Source of the DNA: an uncultured Verrucomicrobiae bacterium
GTDB taxonomy: Bacteria; Verrucomicrobiota; Verrucomicrobiia; Limisphaerales; Palsa-1400
NCBI GenBank assembly: GCA_963702845.1
Contig: OY969763.1
Location: forward strand, 352,001-416,000
DNA: 64,000 bases
Direction of reading: 5' to 3'
Part shown: positions 59,271-64,000 of the stretch, one piece after another
Layout of the letters: every line of letters starts with the position of its first letter
How positions within the stretch are numbered: position 1 is the stretch's first letter
Translations under genes and position numbers: made by a program
Notes under the pieces: model-generated
Seen by the model: the letters and a program-made list of their open reading frames with translations, nothing else
Told to the model about the DNA's origin: nothing
Database searches by the model: none

Positions 59271-60565
59271 AGTTTTGCCCGACCATTTTATGCGCGTTGG
59301 CGGTTGCCACCTCCGTGACTGCGGCCACGATCCCGGTCGCGAATACTATCCAACGCGCTTACGATTTAGCGAAAGATGGGGATACGCTTCTGGTGAACGG
59401 TCCCACGGTGTTCCACGAGCACATCAAAATAACGAAGCGCGTTCAACTCATCGGAACGAACAATCCTGTAATTGATGCCGACGCCAGTGGCAGTCCGCTG
59501 AGGATCGAAACTGAGGGCGTTCAAGTCCATGGAATTACAGTGCGCAACGGCGGCGTCGATCTTGGCGCGCCAGACGCGGGCATTCTCATTCGCGCGTCGA
59601 AAACGATTGTCGAGAATGTGCACGTCGAATGTGGTGGATTTGGAATTTACCTTCGAGCGAGCGACAATTGCCGCATCGCAAACAACGTCATCGTCGGAAA
59701 CACGAACGTTGAAAACGCCAAACGTGGTAACGGCATTCACCTATGGAACTCCAAGAATAATACCATCGCGAACAATTTCGTGACCGGGTCGCGGGACGGA
59801 ATGTATTTCTCGTATGCCGATCAAAACATCATCACGAGCAATCGTGTTGAACATACGCGCTTCGGAATTCACTACATGTATTCGCATCACAATCAACTGC
59901 GCTTCAATACGCTCACCGCAAACTCGGTTGGCGCCGCATTGATGTTCGCGCGCGATTGCGTGGTTGAAGACAACCGGGCGTTTGCCAATAAACGTCACGG
60001 AATTTTGCTCAAGCAGGTTGAGTCATCGCGCTTCATCCACAACGCTGTCTACGGACAGAACCGCGGATTCTTCGTTCAGCAAGCCGCGCTCGATCGCTTT
60101 GAAGAAAACCTGATCTGCGAAAACGACATCGGCCTGTATCTTAGCAATGGTTCTGAGAAAAATGTGTTTGTCGGCAATGCGTTTGTGCGTAACACCGACC
60201 AAATTTGGCAGCCGAGCGACGAAGTCGAGATGGGCCGGCTCGCATCGAACAATTTCCACGAAGGTTGCCGTGGCAATTTCTGGAGCGATTACACCGGCAG
60301 TGACAGCGACGGTAACGGCATCGGCGACACGCCTTATCATGAGACGGATGTTCTCGGTTATATCGTCGATCGTCATCCTGAAGCTCGCGTGTTTGCGTTG
60401 AGCCCGGCGGCGTCGTTGTTGCGCAAGAGCGAGGAAGTTCTGCCGTTGCTGGACGCCCAAGGTGTCACTGACCTATTTCCGCTGATGAATCCCTCTGCCG
60501 ATTCACAAGCAAGGCTCGCGCTGTTTCACCCGGCAAAGCTGTTGGTGAAAGCGACTGACCAATGA
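59267..60565 (+). CDS. nosD: Nitrous oxide reductase maturation protein NosD
   Basis: RGNGIHLWN, RDGMY, RFGIHYMYS, GNFWSDY.G.D.DG.GIGD.PY. Confidence 0.93.
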   Translation: MKFCPTILCALAVATSVTAATIPVANTIQRAYDLAKDGDTLLVNGPTVFHEHIKITKRVQLIGTNNPVIDADASGSPLRIETEGVQVHGITVRNGGVDLGAPDAGILIRASKTIVENVHVECGGFGIYLRASDNCRIANNVIVGNTNVENAKRGNGIHLWNSKNNTIANNFVTGSRDGMYFSYADQNIITSNRVEHTRFGIHYMYSHHNQLRFNTLTANSVGAALMFARDCVVEDNRAFANKRHGILLKQVESSRFIHNAVYGQNRGFFVQQAALDRFEENLICENDIGLYLSNGSEKNVFVGNAFVRNTDQIWQPSDEVEMGRLASNNFHEGCRGNFWSDYTGSDSDGNGIGDTPYHETDVLGYIVDRHPEARVFALSPAASLLRKSEEVLPLLDAQGVTDLFPLMNPSADSQARLALFHPAKLLVKATDQ

Positions 60566-61302
60566 ATTCAATTCTCCAATTCAAAAATATCGAAAAGCGC
60601 TTCGGCCACATTGTTGCGTTGAACAACGTCACACTCGATGTCGAACAAGGCTGTGTTCTCGCGTTGCTTGGGCCCAATGGCGCCGGCAAAAGTACGTTGT
60701 TTGGTTGTTTGCTTGGCCTGATTTTCCCGACTGGTGGCGAAGTTTTGTTGCGTGAACAAAATGTGCGCGATTGCGACCGGTGCAGTTTTGGTTACGTGCC
60801 GGAACGCATCTCGTTGTATCCGCAACGCACGGTTTGGGAGAACGGACTGTTTTTCGCAAAGCTGCGTGGCCAAACCGCACACGAACTCGAAACCCAACTC
60901 AAACGCGTTGGTCTCTACAATGTGCACGATCGCAAAGTGCGCCAGCTTTCCAAAGGTATGTTGCAACGCCTGGGGCTCGCCATTGCCCTCTGCGGGCAGC
61001 CGAAGCTCCTCGTGCTGGACGAACCGTTCAACGGGCTCGATCCCGTGCTGCTCGAGCAATTGCAGAACATCTTGCGCGCTGAAAAAGAACGCGGTGCGAC
61101 GTTGTTGATTTCTACGCACACGATTTCCGCTGTTGAAAATCTTGCGACACACGTCGCGATTCTGTTGCAAGGCCAGGTCGCCGCCAGCGGCACTTTGGCT
61201 GAGTTGCGTGCGACATATCCGGACCACGCGTCGCTCGAAAGTATTTATCACACGATCGCGCGTCAAAGCCGCAACGTTGCCCCGGAGGAAATCGCGGTAT
61301 GA
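60562..61302 (+). CDS. nosF: ABC ATPase NosF
   Basis: GPNGAGKS, LSKGM.QR, LDEP; nos context. Confidence 0.88.
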   Translation: MNSILQFKNIEKRFGHIVALNNVTLDVEQGCVLALLGPNGAGKSTLFGCLLGLIFPTGGEVLLREQNVRDCDRCSFGYVPERISLYPQRTVWENGLFFAKLRGQTAHELETQLKRVGLYNVHDRKVRQLSKGMLQRLGLAIALCGQPKLLVLDEPFNGLDPVLLEQLQNILRAEKERGATLLISTHTISAVENLATHVAILLQGQVAASGTLAELRATYPDHASLESIYHTIARQSRNVAPEEIAV

Positions 61303-62189
61303 ACTCAGCCTTCCAAATCGCTTTCAAAGAATTCAGTGATCGTTTCCGCAGCGGATGGGTTATCGCCTGCACGGCGGTCTGGCTCGGCGCAATTGCGCTG
61401 ACGAGCTTGTTTGGCGTCATCCAAATCGGAAAAATCGGCTGGCAAGGGTATGAGCGCACGGTGGTCAGCTTGCTCAATCTGGTGCAATATCTCGTGCCGC
61501 TTCTGGCGTTGCTACTTGGGCACGACCTGGTAGTTAGCGAACGCGAAGACCGGACGATTGCGCTTTCAATCGCAAGCGGTGTGAGTCGTGCGCAAATGCT
61601 CGTTGGCAAATTTCTCGGTGGCTGTCTGGCGCTCGCGTTCCCGGTCACGCTTGGATTTGTCATCGCTGGCGTGGCGATTGGTTTGGGTGCTGGCCGCAAT
61701 GGCATCGGTAATTTTGTTGTGCTCGCCGTCTCCGGTTTGGGGCTTGGCATCATTTTCCTCGCGATTGGTTTGGTGATTTCAATTTTGTGCCGCACGCGCG
61801 TGCAATCCTTGGTTATCGCGTTGCTCCTGTGGTGCGCGGCTGTATTTGTGTTTGATCTCGTGGCGCTCGGCGTCGTCGTTTCGACGCGCACAAACGAAGC
61901 TGCTAAACAAATTGAAACCGTCACTGATGCCATGCACGTCAACACAGTCGCTGACATGCACCAAACGTTCGAGAGCGGTGTGGACAATGTTCCGAAAGCT
62001 AAGTCTGCAACGACGCGGATTCTGTTTTGGACGTTGCTCGCGAATCCGGTGGATTTGTTCCGCGCCGTTAATCTGCCGGCAACCGCCGAGGCGCAAGTGC
62101 CGGTTCCTGTCATCCCGCTGGCGTTTGCGTGCTGGATTACAGCTGCGCTCGGTGCAGGGTTTTGGCGGTTACGCCGTTTGGATTTATGA
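61299..62189 (+). CDS. nosY: ABC permease NosY
   Basis: SLLNLVQYLVPL, ERE..T, NPVDLFR. Confidence 0.88.
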   Translation: MNSAFQIAFKEFSDRFRSGWVIACTAVWLGAIALTSLFGVIQIGKIGWQGYERTVVSLLNLVQYLVPLLALLLGHDLVVSEREDRTIALSIASGVSRAQMLVGKFLGGCLALAFPVTLGFVIAGVAIGLGAGRNGIGNFVVLAVSGLGLGIIFLAIGLVISILCRTRVQSLVIALLLWCAAVFVFDLVALGVVVSTRTNEAAKQIETVTDAMHVNTVADMHQTFESGVDNVPKAKSATTRILFWTLLANPVDLFRAVNLPATAEAQVPVPVIPLAFACWITAALGAGFWRLRRLDL

Positions 62190-63079
62190 AAACACGAACC
62201 ATCATCATTACGTTTATCGCGCTGACGTTGGCGGTCGTTGTGTCCGCTGTCGCGATTCATCGACAAATCCCCGCCACCAAACCGACTGCTGAACAAGCTG
62301 CCGAACAATCCTTCAACGTCAAAGGTCGTGTCGTCAGCATCGAGCCCGGAGGCAAGACTGTTCACATCGCGCATGAAGATATCCCCGATTTCATGTCGAC
62401 CATGACAATGCCGTTCACAATGAAACATCCCGAACAGGCCGCGGACCTTGCCCCGGGTGACGCCGTGAAATTTCATCTCGTCGTCACGAAGGATGATTCG
62501 TTTGTTTTAGCGATCGACAAAATCGCTGGAGCAACTCGCCCCATCGCCAAAGCCGCTGGTGAATCACACGCCAACCGCGTTGAAACCGGCGAAACGGTGC
62601 CCAATTTTCAATTGGTCGACCAAAATGGCGCGCCGTTGAAGCTGAGCGATTATCGCGGCTCGGCTGTGCTGGTGACATTCATTTACACGCGCTGTCCGTT
62701 GCCGAACTTTTGCCCGTTAATGTCGAGCCGGTTTTCGGAGTTGCAGGATCGACTGGCGAAGAAACTTCCCGGCAAATTTCACCTGATCAGCATCAGTTTC
62801 GATCCGGAATTCGATACCCCTGGCGTGATGAAAGAATACGGTAAACGTTTCGGCGCGCGGCAGAAGACGTGGTCGCTCACGACAGGTTCACAAAAACAGG
62901 TCGACGACGTCGCTGGGCTGTTCGGATTGATCAAAGAAAAAGATGCGAATGGCTACACACACGACTTGCGTACGGCGTTGATTTCACCCGAGGGCAAGCT
63001 CGTGCATATCTGGCGCAGTAACGTCTGGACGACTGAAGAAGTCGAATCCCGCATTTCTGAGGTTCTCGGGAATTCATAA
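62186..63079 (+). CDS. CusF-like copper-binding domain plus SCO domain
   Basis: HEDIPDFM..MTMPF; FIYTRCPLPNFCP; His near the C-terminus. Confidence 0.88.
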   Translation: MKTRTIIITFIALTLAVVVSAVAIHRQIPATKPTAEQAAEQSFNVKGRVVSIEPGGKTVHIAHEDIPDFMSTMTMPFTMKHPEQAADLAPGDAVKFHLVVTKDDSFVLAIDKIAGATRPIAKAAGESHANRVETGETVPNFQLVDQNGAPLKLSDYRGSAVLVTFIYTRCPLPNFCPLMSSRFSELQDRLAKKLPGKFHLISISFDPEFDTPGVMKEYGKRFGARQKTWSLTTGSQKQVDDVAGLFGLIKEKDANGYTHDLRTALISPEGKLVHIWRSNVWTTEEVESRISEVLGNS

Positions 63080-63160
63080 TTCCGCCGCAGTTCACCTTTT
63101 GCAGCACGGAGGGCAACTTTTACCTTTTGCGTCCGGCACTTAGCCTTTAGCCTGCCTAAC

Positions 63161-64000
63161 ATGAGTCATCTGGCACGAGCCAGGAAAGTTTTTGATATCG
63201 AGCTCGCAGGCATCAAAGCCGTGCGCGGGCAACTCGACCGTTCATTCGATGCGGCAGTGGACCTGATCGTCGAGGCCTTGCGGCAACGAAACAAAATCGT
63301 TGTCGTTGGCGTCGGCAAATCGGGCAACATCGGCCGCAAAATCGCCGCCACCCTGACCAGCACCGGCTCAACCGCTGTCGAGCTGAACAGCGTCGATGCG
63401 CTCCACGGCGACTTCGGTGTCGTGGCTGATGGTGATGTGATATTTGCGTTGAGTTATTCCGGTGAATCCGAAGAAATCCTCGCGTTGATGCCGCACCTGA
63501 AACGATTCGCGGTTAAAATAATTGTCATCACTGGGTCGGCAAAGTCATCGATTGCGCGTTACAGCGACTCCGTCATCAGCGTCAAAATTCCCAAGGAAGC
63601 TTGCCCATTCAATCTGGCTCCCACAGCCAGCACGACCGCGACGTTAGTTGATGGGCGATGCGTTGGCGATGGCGATTCTCCAAGCGCGCGGCTTCAAAGA
63701 AAAAGATTTTGCGCGCCATCATCCCAATGGCTCGATCGGCCGCACTTTACTGCTAAAGACCAAAGACATCATGCGCACGGCAACATGAATGCGGTTGCCG
63801 ACAAATCACTGACCATCAAAGAAGCGTTGATGATCATGATCCGCGCCCAATCCGGCAGCATCAGTGTCGTCAATAAAGCCGGCAAACTTGTTGGCGTTTT
63901 CACTGACGGTGACCTGCGCCGCCACATGGCTAAAGACGATAATGCGCTCCAGAAGCCGATTGGAAAACGTGATGACGCCAAAGCCAATTTGCGTGCGCGA
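63161..64000 (+). CDS. kdsD: KpsF/GutQ arabinose-5-phosphate isomerase (runs off the window; three apparent indels)
   Basis: GVGKSG.IGRK, ALHGD, SYSGES, EACPFNLAPTAST; CBS motif GVFTDGDLRR; absent from the ORF track because no stop occurs within the window. Confidence 0.88.
   Translation, partial: MSHLARARKVFDIELAGIKAVRGQLDRSFDAAVDLIVEALRQRNKIVVVGVGKSGNIGRKIAATLTSTGSTAVELNSVDALHGDFGVVADGDVIFALSYSGESEEILALMPHLKRFAVKIIVITGSAKSSIARYSDSVISVKIPKEACPFNLAPTASTTATLVDGRCVGDGDSPSARLQRKRFCAPSSQWLDRPHFTAKDQRHHAHGNMNAVADKSLTIKEALMIMIRAQSGSISVVNKAGKLVGVFTDGDLRRHMAKDDNALQKPIGKRDDAKANLRAR

Overview
A 64 kb bacterial chromosomal window, most likely Verrucomicrobiota of the Pedosphaera-like group. That assignment is inferred from PEP-CTERM proteins, a prepilin/H-X9-DG protein, a PVC-type heme protein and a 'VYSVNAVGYV' secreted protein. 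Housekeeping blocks are uvrA, a lipoate ligase and lipA, a suf cluster lacking sufB, purine catabolism genes (fused xdhAB, ade, guanine deaminase), an algI/algJ-like pair, glcF, and DEAD-box and SNF2 helicases. Three regions stand out. (1) At 6.0-8.9 kb a ModE-like regulator and a perfect ModE-type palindrome precede a pseudopilin/H-X9-DG gene, a secreted protein and an atypical TupA-like binding protein, with no ABC permease or ATPase. (2) The 43-47.6 kb accessory island holds REP-like hairpins, a SIR2-like gene, and a twice-repeated unit: a covarying attI-like motif, a small cargo gene, then the convergent 3' end of a phage terminase-like gene. One cargo gene is an integron-type cassette whose attC ends exactly at the terminase-like stop codon. 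(3) At 52-63 kb a clade II nosZ cluster carries NO-stress genes, a diheme cytochrome c-CuA-like fusion, a CcdA-like fusion and a CusF-SCO protein, with no nosL/nosR/nosGH. Short palindromic or tandem repeats also sit in-frame inside enzyme genes. Frameshifts in ade and kdsD may be sequencing errors. All calls come from motif recognition by eye; no searches were run.
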